A stretch of DNA of 60,078 nt, the filler included, from Dirinaria sp. TL-2023a (taxonomy: Eukaryota), in the NCBI GenBank assembly GCA_051941275.1. It is 12 parts of 12 records of this genome, joined end to end, with 100 filler letters (N's around TTAATTAATTAA, not from the genome) between each part and the next. Parts side by side here need not be neighbours in the genome. Positions count along the whole stretch, not along the records: positions 35,266 to 40,163 come from JAVEBF010001757.1; positions 40,264 to 45,156 come from JAVEBF010001758.1; positions 45,257 to 50,140 come from JAVEBF010001759.1; 9 more parts are not named here. One strand, written 5' to 3'. This document shows, piece by piece, positions 37,130-49,178 of this stretch. The notes under the pieces were generated by a model. It did not search any database, was not told where the DNA came from, and saw nothing but the letters and a program-made list of their open reading frames with translations. Numbering within the stretch: the first letter of the stretch is position 1; every line of letters starts with the position of its first letter. The position numbers and the translations under genes are program-made.

Positions 37130-38050
37130 TTGCAAGATATCTGCGATATCCACCTATCAGTGACATCGACCCACGATCCCAACATACCTATCTACCTCCC
37201 CCTATCTACGTTTCAGCGATATCAACCTGGGCTACCTATCTATCTACCTCCCTGCCATATGGACCTGCCTCTGCACCTCCGATTCCGACCTGCGATATTT
37301 ATCTATCTGCCTGCGATATCCACCTCCCATATCCAACTACCACGATACTGATCTATTCTGTCAACCTCTCCACCTTCCCATCTACTACTGACATCGAACC
37401 GCGATACCGACATACCTGCCTACCTACCCACCTACCTACCTACCTACCAGCCATACCAACCTGCTTGCCTCTGTACCTCCCATCTACCTCCCTATCTACC
37501 CATCTATGTATCGACCAGCGATATCAACATGGGCTACCTATCTACCGATCTACGTGCAATATCGACCTGCTTGCTACTGCACCTCTGATTCCGATCTAGC
37601 ATATCTATCTCCCTAGCTGCCTGCGATATCCACCCCTTCACCTTCACATCTACCAGCGATATCATCCTGGGATTTCCATCTACCCTGTCTGTCTTTGTAT
37701 CTGCGATTCCTGTCTGCGATCCTTATCTACCTAGGTATCTGCGATATCTATCTCCCGTTCCAGCTATCTATCCACGATACTGATCTATCCTGTCTACCAC
37801 TCTCCCTCCTGGTCTACCCGCGATATCAATTTGTCACATGAAACTCTCGTATTCATCTACTTATCCACGATATCGATGATCTATTCTGCCCATCTATCTA
37901 CCTGCGATTCGAACTTGCGATAGCAAACTCCAATATCTATCTGCGATATCGACCCATGCTATCTAACTCCACCCCTTCTCATCTACATACGATATCGAGC
38001 TCCCACATCCACGTTATCGATCTACGCTAACTATCTCTTTATCTGCGACT
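37130..38050 (+). repeat. Degenerate low-complexity minisatellite built from GCGATATC and TATCTAC/TACC motifs
   Basis: More than 15 CGATAT/CGATAC copies at irregular spacing. G-poor top strand. (TACC)n at about 37415-37448. Confidence 0.8.
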
Positions 38051-38574
38051 CGGATCTTTACGACCCTGGAAACTCAAGTAGGAGAATAGATAACCAAGTC
38101 TGATATAATTGATCTTTTGATAACGATCTTATCGGGACTTTAACCAAGGGAAACCTATCTAATTAAGAGCGGATTTCGAAAATTCGAGGACATGAATAAG
38201 TTCTTGATAAATTCGACGAGGGAATAAAAATTACCCTGGGAAAAACAACGTGTAAACTCTTTACTCAAAAAATTTAAGAAATCTATTTTTTTTTAATTCT
38301 TACTCGATTCAACACCCACAAGGGGCCTATGCGAGATCTATATACTTATATCGGCGGCGCGTCAGCGCTGCGTCGACTCTTTCCTTGTTACGTGCAGTTT
38401 TCTCTATCCATAGTACTAGGAAATCCTTCATGCGAGGACTCTATGGGTCTAAGGATTCGAAGAAAGAGCAGTCGTCTGAAACTGACTGAGTAGATCAGTG
38501 GATAAGATCATGCGTATCGCCGCTGTGACATCAGCGACGTTATCGAGCAGCTTTCTCACATCTGTGATGTTATT

Positions 38575-38779
38575 TGTCAGGGCCTGCACAGCGCTCAATG
38601 ACATATGAGTGCTAGTAGACTAGGACACTAACTATGAAGAAGAAAAGGAAAGAAAATCTATCTACAGAAAGACTCAAATAGGGACCCGAAGCAATATCGA
38701 TCCGAGGGGACGCTGGGCCTGATCATGTGACCTGATCATGTGACCTGATCTAAGGTGCTCCAGGTCTAGGTTCATGACA
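38575..38779. mobile_element. Solo-LTR-like element (205 bp)
   Basis: Perfect TGTCA...TGACA termini, internal 13-bp tandem CCTGATCATGTGA and an abrupt composition change at 38779/38780. No matching target-site duplication. An alternative left end is TGTGACA at 38524. Confidence 0.5.
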
Positions 38780-40163
38780 TCTTTCAGTCTTTTCGTTTCT
38801 GAATTCATTCAATTTTGTACTTCTGCAAGTTTTTTCTAGTGAGACTAACGCGATAAGCTCGAGCTTTGTTCTGAGCAGTTTTAATTTGTGAAGCAGAAAC
38901 ATGCTCGACTTGAAGTCGATGAACTTAATTTTTTAATCTCAAAAGTTGTGAATCTCGTTTGATCGCAGTTTTTCTTTCGATTGAAAGACTGTTTGAGAGA
39001 TTCTTCTCGCGAGACTTTGCAAAAAATTGAAAGTAGTCAATATAATCGTGCTAAGTAGATTCATTCAAAAATGTCGATTTTTCATTCACAAACGAGATGT
39101 TCGTCACATAGCTTTGATTATAAACTCGAGTATCGATCTGCGTTATGTGCTGAGATTGTTTAATCTCGATATATCTTTTTACATAATTCTGTCGTCAGCG
39201 AGAGCTGATTCGAAATTGAGTTGTATTTAAAATGACTGATTATTAATCTTCTTGTCGAGATAACGACGTATAGCATGAACTGTAATATTGTCAAAATATC
39301 TCGAGAAATTCAACACGAATTTGACGATACGATCAAATATTTTCTTCGACAGCGACTCTTCTGAGACACTTTGTTGCATAATAGCATTGCGCAATATTAA
39401 TAAATATTTGACAAATTTAGTTCATCGAAAAAAAAATTCGTTGTTGTCGAGAGAGATTTGTAGCTATCAGAAGTTCTTAGATGAATCGATATCTCAGAAT
39501 GTCTTGTCTGCAAAGATTAAAGTCAACAGATACTGAATATCATCATACAGCAACTTGTCGTGTTGACTGATAAATGCGTCATATCTACGAAAATAAAACA
39601 TCGTCAATAAACGCATCAGTGCGAAGAGATGAGAAATAGTACACAATATTTTTCGAATCACGATTGTTTTTCACTCAACGCTGATCAATTCGATAAATCA
39701 TCTTTCATCTCTCTGAAACGCGTATCAGAAAAATTTCAATATTCTGCAAGCGATTAGCGAAGCTTCTCATCTTTTCACGTAGATTTATTTGATATCGAAG
39801 ATCTCTTTTGTTTTTGTTCTTCTGATTGAGAAAAAAGACGTTAATTCTCGTTTCAGTTCAACAAAAGACGACGATTGCGAAGAAAACTTAAGTTTTGTTA
39901 CGCGAATGAATGAATTGCGCATCGTCGATAATTCAGAACGTAATGTTAAACTAAATCAGTTTTTTCTCGTTAAAAAAATGCTTTTATTTTTTTTTTATTC
40001 ACGATTAGATCTTTTTTTATCAATGTATTTCGTGTCCACTGATGAAGACTTGTTTAACTAGAGAGACGTCGTAAACATTCAGAATGTACTCACGTCGTAT
40101 ACTGCACGTCTATCTTTCTCATCGATCAGATTGTCGATGACTCGAGCAAATTCAGCAAAGTAT
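38780..40163 (-). pseudogene. RIP-inactivated DUF3435 tyrosine recombinase (Starship captain family)
   Basis: Manual minus-strand translation across four intron remnants: FIHSRNKT*VFFAIVVFC*TETRINVFF, DLRYQ|NIEIFL, YRIDQR*VKNNRDSKNIV, HDKLLYDDIQYLLTLIFADK, ITVHAIRRYLDKKIN, SQHITQIDTRVYNQSYVTN, YKIE*IQKRKD*K. Reversing C->T/G->A gives FCWTGARIG, GLRY, HAIRR and GQSY. Confidence 0.85.
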
Positions 40164-40263
40164 NNNNNNNNNNNNNNNNNNNNNNNNNNNNNNNNNNNNN
40201 NNNNNNNTTAATTAATTAANNNNNNNNNNNNNNNNNNNNNNNNNNNNNNNNNNNNNNNNNNNN
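40164..40263. other. Artificial contig linker
   Basis: N44-TTAATTAATTAA-N44. Confidence 0.99.
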
Positions 40264-40565
40264 TGGGCCCGCACTCGCAGGGCGGAAGGGTTTTGTTGAT
40301 ACTTGGTACTACCGTGGGTGGTACGACGTAGTTGATGGAGCGGAGATACTTCGGGTTTTAGGATAATGTGGGGCTTGGCGCGAAGGCGGGATTTGATACT
40401 GTAGTGCTGCTGCTCTTGATTCTACACTTCCAACTTCCTTCTTTATATTTTGGCTTTACAAGGGGGACAGTGACATGAAGCTGGTTTGGAGACTCCTGCT
40501 ACCACTTCTCCCACCCGCTCAACCAAAACGCTCTTGACGCGCTCGCTAAGCTAAACGGGTTCAGG

Positions 40566-41999
40566 ATGTCCAACACCGATTTCCTCGGGCGTGCGCTTGG
40601 GGTCGTCCAAAAGGCGGTTGAGTCCGACACGGCTGGTGAGTATGAAAAGGCGTACAACCTTTACTACCAATCGCTGGAGCTGTTCATGCTCGCCCTGAAG
40701 TGGGAGAAGAATGTCAAGTCGAAGGAAATCATACGCGCCAGGGCGGGGGAGTACATGGAACGGGCCGAGAAACTGAAAGCGCACCTGGCAGAGAACGACA
40801 AGGGGAACAAGAAGAAGCCCGCGGCTGTGGGGAGCAATGGGAAGGTCAGCGGCGGCACGGGCAAAGGAAAGGACGATGAAGACGAGGAGCAAGATCCGGA
40901 ATCGAAAAAGCTGAGAGGCGCGCTGCAAGGTGCTATTCTCACGGATAAGCCGAATGTCAAGTGGGAAGATGTGGCGGGCCTGGAGGGGGCGAAAGAGGCT
41001 TTGAAGGAGGCGGTCATATTACCGATCAAGTTCCCACATTTGTTCAGTGGGAAGAGGCAACCTTGGAAAGGCATATTACTGTATGGACCGCCTGGGACAG
41101 GGAAATCGTATCTGGCGAAGGCTGTGGCCACAGAGGCGAACAGCACGTTTTTCAGTGTGAGCAGCAGTGATTTGGTCTCGAAGTGGATGGGTGAAAGCGA
41201 GAGGTGAGAACGATTCTCTTTCTCGTGTGGCATGAGCTCAATGCTAATGGATTGTTAGGCTAGTGAAGCAGCTTTTCGCTATGGCCCGAGAGAACAAACC
41301 CTCAATTATCTTTATCGATGAAGTGGACGCGCTATGTGGGCCTCGAGGCGAAGGCGAGTCGGAGGCTTCGCGGAGAATCAAGACAGAGCTTCTGGTCCAA
41401 ATGGACGGTGTCGGCCGCGACTCCAAGGGCGTTTTGATATTAGGAGCCACCAATATCCCCTGGCAGCTGGACGCGGCTATTCGAAGACGTTTTCAGAGAA
41501 GGGTCCACATCAGTCTCCCCGACCTACCAGGCAGAATGCGCATGTTCGAGATGTCTGTTGGCACGACACCCTGTGATCTAAAGCCTGCGGACTTCAAAAC
41601 CTTGGCGCAGATGAGCGAGGGATATTCAGGGAGCGATATTAGCATTGCAGTGCAGGATGCCTTAATGCAGCCCGTTAGAACGATCCAGACTTCTACGCAC
41701 TACAAAAAGGTGGGCTATGCTCCTTATAGCTCTATCTAGTACTCTACCGCTGTACGCCTGACTAACGAGGTTTTCAGGTCATGGTAGACAACGAAGAGAA
41801 ATTGACGCCGTGCTCGCCGGGCGCTAAAGGAGCAATCGAAATGTCGTGGACGGAAGTTGACTCGGATAAACTGCTCGAGCCACCTTTGGCACTTAAAGAC
41901 TTCGTAAAAGCGGTCAAGGGAGCCCGGCCGACTGTGAGTCAAGAAGACATCAAGAAGAGCGCTGAATGGACGGCCGAATTTGGCAGTGAAGGTGGATAA
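40566..41999 (+). CDS. VPS4: ESCRT-III disassembly AAA ATPase Vps4
   Basis: MIT domain [42 protein letters not shown] and C-terminal [10 protein letters not shown]. Two introns. Confidence 0.97.
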
Positions 42000-42535
42000 T
42001 GCACAAATTCTGTTTCAGGCCCAATCAGATATGACAGCTGTGGCGTTTGGAGGAGTTAAACGAATTCAGTGATGCATTGAATATGAAATATGCGTCTTAG
42101 TACATAAGTAGAGATAGGGACGTTGATGGCTACCTAAGGTGGACATGATTTCTACCTTCTTCAAATTTCAAACTGTTCCTTGTGTAAGCACTACTTTGCT
42201 TCGAGATTCCTGAATAGTGAATACAGATATGTCACCTCAGAATTTGTCTTAGAAGTCATCCAATTCGCGCACTTAGGGTTTAGTAAGGGCACGTGATGCG
42301 AAACAGGCACGACCGCAAGGCGCAAGGCAGCTAAAGTAAGGTATCTATCTGATACTCAACCTGTGGCATAGTTTCAGAAAGTCACGTCCGCGAGGACTCA
42401 CAATAGTGGCCATGCTGACACAGCCCGGTCTCTCCCTATCCATTCAAGGATAGAGGAGACAAGCATCCTAATCGCTGGAAAGATATGAGCCCTTGCACGT
42501 CATTCCATCCAAAGTAAAAGCCACCACTGAGCGCA

Positions 42536-44238
42536 ATGGCTCCTACAGATGTTCCCAACAGTCCGTGCAGCCGCTATGGGTATTGGATTGCTTCACTTTT
42601 CTTTGGCTTCCTCACGACCGCATGGCTCGTCTACAGCTATCCAACGTCAGCGACAACCCAGCAGCCTCTCTCCTTAAGTACACACGCCAATAAACACGGT
42701 AGCTGCCCTAGCGAAGCTAAACGTGTAGCTATCATTGGTAAATGGTCCTCCAAGGACGAGCCTGTCTCGCTTCAACTGAAGAATGTGCTTTAGGTGCCGG
42801 CTCTGGAGGAGCTTCCTCGGCCTTCTACCTCCATCGAGCGTATCCATGCCCATTGAACGTCACTGTCTACGAAAGGGAAAACTACATTGGCGGAAGGTCG
42901 ACCACAGTTGGCGTGTATGGAGATTCATCAGTACCAGTGGAACTCGGCGCTAGCATCTTCGTCAACGTCAACTATAATCTTGTCTCCGCTGTAGAGCGAT
43001 TCAATCTCTCCACAGTGAATTACGGTGGGGAGGACCTCGATGGCCTCACGAAAGGACTCGGTGTATGGAACGGGGAAAAATTCGTCTTCATACAAAGTGA
43101 TGCAAGCTACGACTGGTGGAATACAGCTAAGCTGCTATGGAGATATGGTATGAGCCCGATACGAACACAGCGCCTCATGAAAGACACTGTGAGCAAGTTT
43201 CTCAAAATGTACGAGACGCCAATCTTCCCTTTCAAGTCCATCGGCGAGACTGCTCTTGAATTAGGCCTTTTGGCGCCTAGTATGAGGTCCGAACAGCTAT
43301 TGAAAGAGAACGCCATCTACGCTCCGTTCTCGACGGACATTATCCAAGCATCTACACGTGTCAACTACGCCCAGAACCTAGCACAGATTCATGGTCTGGA
43401 AGCTATGGTCTGTATGGCTACCGATGGAGCTATGTCTGTCAATGGCGGAAATTGGCAGATTTTCGACAAGATGCTCAAGCATGACAAGAATACCATTGTG
43501 CTCAATACCAGCGTGTCTGATATATCTATACCAGGAGGCGGGAAGCAATATTCAGTAACGTCATCCTCATCGGGCGCTGACTTACATGATGCCACATCTA
43601 CTAACGTCGAACTGTTCGATAATGTCGTTCTTGCCGCTCCTTTGCAGTTCGCTAATATCACCATCAATCCCTCCCCTGCTTTTCCACCATCTCCGATTCC
43701 TTATGTGACCCTCTACGTCACGCTCTTTACCTCGCCATATCGCCCCAATCCCGACCATTTTAACGTCCGTAATCCATCAGACGTCCCTACCATCATCCTA
43801 ACAACCCTCCCCGAAGAAGGCGGATCGCCTCCACCATTCTTCAGCCTCAGCACTCTCCGCACAGTCGTCAACCCGAACATTCAGCCCCCTCAAAAAGAAT
43901 ATCTCTACAAGATTTTCTCACCGACCCCGCTACCTCTCCCTTCTATATCCGAAATGCTTAATGTGCCACCCGATCTCCGATCTTTGTCCTCAATATACAA
44001 CGAAAACAATATCATTACCTGGCAGTACAACAAAACATGGCATTCCTACCCTTACCTGCCTCCTCGCGTCACGTTCGATGATCCGCAGCTTGATGAGGCG
44101 GGGAGGCTGTGGTATACGAGTGGCATTGAACCATTCATTTCGACGATGGAGACGAGCTCGTTGATGGGCAAAAATGTGGCGCATTTGATTGTGGATGGTT
44201 GGCTACGAGAGCAGACGTCAGCGGAAGGAGAAGATTAG
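42536..44238 (+). CDS. Prenylcysteine oxidase/lyase
   Basis: N-terminal TM segment, RVAIIG|AGSGGAS (FAD site, spliced), VELGASIFV, QASTRVNYAQN, GGNWQIF and IEPFISTMETSSLMGKNVA. Confidence 0.92.
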
Positions 44239-44828
44239 GTGCGGGAAGGAGGCCTGGGAGGAAATGATTTACGAATTGAATGTATTATCATGTTTACTAT
44301 ACGAATCTGTTTTAGTAGGAATTTGAAGAGGGAACCGAGAAAATGCGATATGATTCTTGAACGCATCGCGCGTGATGCATCTATACCCATACCGGACCAC
44401 CAATTTTCAAATTCTTTCCCAAAGCTGAAGTAGGTAATTGTTTGCCACCTTCTCACCTCTCAGCGCTCCCCCAATCTTCACCCTTTCCCAATAGTAACAA
44501 CCTCTATTGTGGTCTCATTGTTTCTCGCTCGGGTTATATTCAATCAGTTCAAAAGACCAGACGTAGGTCTCACTCGTTTGCTGTGCATGTAATGCTCTTC
44601 GGACTCCATGGGGTTTTAAAGGGGGTTTCCTTAACGAATGGGATGGCTAGGGATAGTCGCAAACGTGTCGTCGTTTGTCGCTTAGCTCTATCTCTATCGC
44701 TAGCGAGTTTCCGATTTTAAGCTTTCTGGCCCTTGTAGGTACCTTAGGATGTTGCTTGTTTTTACGACTGTTTATCTTACCTTGAATGTAGCTGGGTAAA
44801 CCTACATTCAGGTCATCGTGACACCATC

Positions 44829-45156
44829 TCAGCTCCCGTTTACGTTACTGATGAAGACTACCAGTACAGCAGCATAACTGGAATGCAGCGATATGTCAGC
44901 GACGACCTCTTAATTTCCCACTCCGACTTTCACTTACGCTGCTGTGGAAGCAAATATCTCTGCCCGTCGTGCATTGGTAAGAAGCCCGACGACGGAGGCA
45001 AAGCAGCAGGTGAAAATCACAACTACGCCGACACGAAGCGCGATCGATCGATCTCGGACTTCAAGTAAGGCCACGATAGCACCGACGAGCAGTATCGCAC
45101 TCAGCAAAGTGCTGATCACGAGACCGGCACGTTGGATGCGCGTTTCGGAAAAGTAG
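44829..45156 (-). CDS. DUF6594-like membrane protein, C-terminal fragment
   Basis: LLVGAIVAL..FASVVGLLTNARRAEIFASTAA|YAAVLVVFIS across a GT-AG intron. 5' end is lost at the contig edge. Confidence 0.75.
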
Positions 45157-45256
45157 NNNNNNNNNNNNNNNNNNNNNNNNNNNNNNNNNNNNNNNNNNNN
45201 TTAATTAATTAANNNNNNNNNNNNNNNNNNNNNNNNNNNNNNNNNNNNNNNNNNNN
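45157..45256. other. Artificial contig linker
   Basis: N44-TTAATTAATTAA-N44. Confidence 0.99.
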
Positions 45257-45758
45257 GAACTTTCTCGGAGGTTGAAAAATTTTCCTGTCCGTTTCATGCT
45301 TTAGACTCTTGACAAGCACCCCTGAGAACCTTGATTGGGTTAGAGTGCCAAGCCTTTAGGGGTTAACCAGATAGGTTTCTCAAAACTACATTTTGCCTGA
45401 CTGCCAGCTGAGAGAGATGGTTGGGATATTAGTTACTTTATATGAAGAGGGACTCAGCAGATTCTATCCTCTGGAAAACTTGATTACATGTCGAGAGGGA
45501 AAAGCAAGCGATTTTTAGGAAATTCCCTGCGCATACAGTAAAATCTAAGTCTGAGTCTAGGAGAATTGCACGCAAGCTCTAACCTAAAGATACATGGAAA
45601 AGCCATCGGGACCGTCTGTTTTCCTCTAACCACCAATTCTATGTTCCTTCTGCCATCTAGAACTTTGCCCCATGAACAATGCCATACACCCATTCCGCAT
45701 GTGCCTACAATGTTAGCTATCTCCCTCTTTTGACCTCTATGCCGGCGCGGGATCCACT

Positions 45759-47726
45759 TTAGATAAACCTGTATCTTCTAGCCAACGTCAAACTCGCTGC
45801 AACGATAGCTGCAATGACTCCAATGATGCCGAAAAACCACCCAAGCCCTCCACTATCTTTCCCTGGCACGGGGACATTCATACCAAACATACCAGTGATG
45901 AGGTTCAGCGGCACAAGAATGGTCGCCAACAACGTGATCTTGGACAAAACCTCGTTGGCTCGATTGCCTTGGGCGATGTTGTCGACGGACAGTTGAGCGA
46001 GGTAGTTGCTGTGAGAGCGAGAGAGCATCTTCTCGAAATGCCCCAGGTTGCTCATCATGGTAACCACGTGGTCTTGGATGTCGCCCAGGTAGAGCCCGAT
46101 TTCCCCTCTTGGAGTTACCGAATAGGACTCGTTGCAACGTTTCGCGAACCCCTTGATGACGTCTGCTTTGCCGCCTAGGAGGCGCATGAGGGACATGACT
46201 TTCTTGCGACACTCCCCAATCTGTCGCAGTAGCGGCGTAAAGTCATCGGTGCGCGCGACAAAAACTTGATCCTCAATTACATCCGTTTCGGCTTCGATGC
46301 TCCCGATGGGTGGACCATAGCTATCGACGATGTTGTCGATCATAGCATAGCAGATCCAGTCCGCAGTTAGGGCCATGTAATCTCTCAATTTGCCGATTCG
46401 TCGACGGACATTGGCTGCGTGTGGGCTGAGAGAGTAGGTAAACGTGAGGATACCTTCTCGAAAGACAACCATGTACACGTTCAGGGGCTCCATGTAGTCT
46501 TCGCTGGTGACATTCATTTGCGAAAAAGAACGGAAGCAAACAAAGTAGTACTGCTTGAAAAGTTCAACTTTCTCACGGGCTTCTTGAGTCGTAATATCCT
46601 CAGTGGTAAGAGGATGAATGCCAAAGGCACGTCGGAAGGCCTCCAGTTCTTCGTGGCTGGGATTTAGGACGTCAAGCCACCAGACACCGCCATCGGGAGG
46701 CATGGAGAAGAGCTCGCGGAAAGTCTCACCCGGACTGAGTAAGTCAGGGAAGGATGAGGCATGGATGGTTTGTTCGAGCTCCGAAGAAAAGAAGCTGAAG
46801 CGGCTGGGCTCGCAGACGCTGGGTCGGCGGTGACTGGATGTGAGCTCAGGGACTGCATCTTGCTTCTCATCCATGACCGACTTGCTGTCATCAATTGCGC
46901 TTTCAGAATTAATGCGGATGGCGTCGCCGTCGCTAGCGAAAATCTGAGGGATACCGGGGCTCTTGCGCAGGTCGTCGAAAATGCGCGGCTTGCTTTGAGA
47001 GCTGAAGCTCAATTTTTTGCTGAAATGGCCTGCAACGGGTGACCTCGCTTTCGTAATCTCGGCAGCGAGCTCATCCAACTCCTCAAAGTCGATTCTGTAG
47101 CCTTTAGATTCCTCCGGCTGGGGAAAGCAGACGTCCTCTTCGACGGGATTATGATAGGATGCGCGGTCATCATGAGGTTCTAGGTGTCGAATGCTCGCGA
47201 AGCTTGGGCGACGATGATGAGTTCCGCCAGAGACAGTGCGTTGAATACCCAAGTCAAGGTCGGACGGCCGAGTACTGGCAGCGGTATTTGCGCGCTCCCG
47301 GCGTCGTGGGTCCGCGAAAGCATCAACGGAGTTCGCAGGCGAACTTGACCGCGAGGATGTGGGAGAGTCTCGAGAGCGATTGAGGTGGCTGCGCCTGATA
47401 CCAAATCTGCCCGTGCCTGGAGTGACCGAGTCATGTTCGATGATATGGTCACCGTGAGCGCTATGGTCGTCATCAACCACAGCGTGCTCGAAGTCTCGAG
47501 AAACAGGTCCCACTTCACGTAAAGCGGCATTAACCTGAAGCAAATCAGGTCTTCCGCCGTTCAACATGCTCTGAGCCGTGTTTCGTCTAGTGCCAGCCTT
47601 GTTGGCACTTCCATGGTTGTCTATGCGGGGGATCGAAACTGGCTGATTGCGGTGATCATCGAGGTCAGACACGGGAGTGCTAAACCTTGTCTGAGACTTT
47701 TCGGATCCGGACATAGAAGAGTCCAT
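45759..47726 (-). CDS. ALR1: CorA-family Mg2+ transporter (Alr1-like)
   Basis: 655-aa single ORF with WWLDVLNP, FGIHPLTTEDI, REKVELF, DWICYA, LSRSHSNYLAQ, FGMNVPVPG and two TM helices. Confidence 0.9.
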   Translation of the reverse strand: MDSSMSGSEKSQTRFSTPVSDLDDHRNQPVSIPRIDNHGSANKAGTRRNTAQSMLNGGRPDLLQVNAALREVGPVSRDFEHAVVDDDHSAHGDHIIEHDSVTPGTGRFGIRRSHLNRSRDSPTSSRSSSPANSVDAFADPRRRERANTAASTRPSDLDLGIQRTVSGGTHHRRPSFASIRHLEPHDDRASYHNPVEEDVCFPQPEESKGYRIDFEELDELAAEITKARSPVAGHFSKKLSFSSQSKPRIFDDLRKSPGIPQIFASDGDAIRINSESAIDDSKSVMDEKQDAVPELTSSHRRPSVCEPSRFSFFSSELEQTIHASSFPDLLSPGETFRELFSMPPDGGVWWLDVLNPSHEELEAFRRAFGIHPLTTEDITTQEAREKVELFKQYYFVCFRSFSQMNVTSEDYMEPLNVYMVVFREGILTFTYSLSPHAANVRRRIGKLRDYMALTADWICYAMIDNIVDSYGPPIGSIEAETDVIEDQVFVARTDDFTPLLRQIGECRKKVMSLMRLLGGKADVIKGFAKRCNESYSVTPRGEIGLYLGDIQDHVVTMMSNLGHFEKMLSRSHSNYLAQLSVDNIAQGNRANEVLSKITLLATILVPLNLITGMFGMNVPVPGKDSGGLGWFFGIIGVIAAIVAASLTLARRYRFI

Positions 47727-49178
47727 TTTGTTGGTTTAACTTTTTGCTTTGAATGGATTTAGAAGAAACGCTCGGTGTCGCTGGTGGTGAGCTTTAGCTA
47801 TATGGAAGTTCCTACCGCAGGAGTATGGGGACGCGAGCCCCCTTGTACGGAAGGCGGGCTCGCCTTGTTGTAAATCTGCTTGTTGCGGCCAGATTGATGT
47901 TGCTTCTCCGAATGCTTCTATGTGGTATTGCTTCCTCTAACCGCCTAATATAATTGTATGATATGCTCTTGCTCAAGCTATGTGCGATCCTGAGGGCCAG
48001 TTACGGGGGCTTCAGGTCGGCGCCAACAAAGACCCGGAATCGTGGTCCTAGCAGTGGACGGATGAAGGAGTATCCGAGGAAGCGAATGCCCGCCAATTTG
48101 GTGGTAATGGTGGAGTCCGAATGATTTGGCGCCAGAATGGTGTATTTGAGGAGTACGAAAGACTGAATAGTCTTTCGCCTGGTAATGGGGAGCGTCTAGA
48201 CGTTGGTTGTTGGGACGTTGACAAAGAACAGGACCCGGAGTCGGCTTCGCCCTGTTGCTGCGCTGTGGTTCTCTGTAAATGTAGAGGAGTTTCACTCCAG
48301 GCGTTGAGGTTGAACAGTGAATTGTAGAGGCTATGTATGTTTCTTAGGTTGATCGGGTGCAGTGAGAATCTTTGCGAAAGATGTCAGGAAGTAATAGGAG
48401 CGATTTGTTTGTGGGATGGAGAGAATTTGAGAAAAGATTTCGGGAATGACGCTAGCGCCACCAATCGTGTCCTGCTTCTACTTCGGGTAAAGGCCCTAAA
48501 GGGACTCCGTAAAAAGGCCCTTCCCGGGTTTCCTCGGCTATTGTGATCCTGCACGTGCTGCATCTCGTGGAGGGAAAAAGACCTCATCCGAAATCCTCAT
48601 CACTCGTGGCAATAAAGCATATAAAATTCAATCTCCTTTTTTGGTTTCTGGAATTCATCCAGTTCTGATTCTAGATGGATATTGCTATGCATCCAAGTCA
48701 TCATCCCATTTTCAGTCTGCTGCACTTGAAAACGCTACCCCTGGACATCGACTTGACAACTTCCTTCTTTCCCATCACGAATCGGTTCTGCGTGATCTGA
48801 TGCTCGGATTGTGTCCTTGAACAAGATAGAGAGATAGTGCTCATTCCATAACGACGATACGTGCATTGGATCATCCTTGATCGCGATTCCTTTTTACTCT
48901 CTTACATGGCTGTACTGCTTGCTATAAATTTGACTCTTTTTCCGATTTGACGGTTTTCCGATTTGGTGGCGGTTCTATATTGGTGAAACATCCTTTCTCT
49001 TTGAACAACTTCTCTGATTGAGAGACTTAGCAAGAGGGAACAGAGTAGCGGGCGCTTTTGGACGCCTTATATTGTGCCACACAGGCTGCGTAATGTTGGT
49101 GCAACTCTATTTCGACGACGAATAAATTGCCATTTGCTGAGCAAGTCGATATATGTGGTGAAGTGATTGCGTCTGCCT

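Noticed and set aside
38780..38794. Polypurine tract making 38780-40163 the interior of a Gypsy element
   Set aside because: The purine run is the RKD*K codons of the DUF3435 frame; the region shows no integrase or chromodomain motifs.
39027..40061. Plus-strand ORFs 39027-39230, 39288-39536 and 39789-40061
   Set aside because: Chance antisense frames over the mutated recombinase.
21497..40163. Defence island made of the NLR, CorA-like gene, TPR gene and Starship captain
   Set aside because: They lie on three different contigs joined by linkers; only the CorA-like and TPR genes are truly linked.
42428..42460. Imperfect hairpin GTCTC..CTATCC/GGATAG..GAGAC upstream of prenylcysteine oxidase
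   Set aside because: Short and single-copy; compatible with chance.
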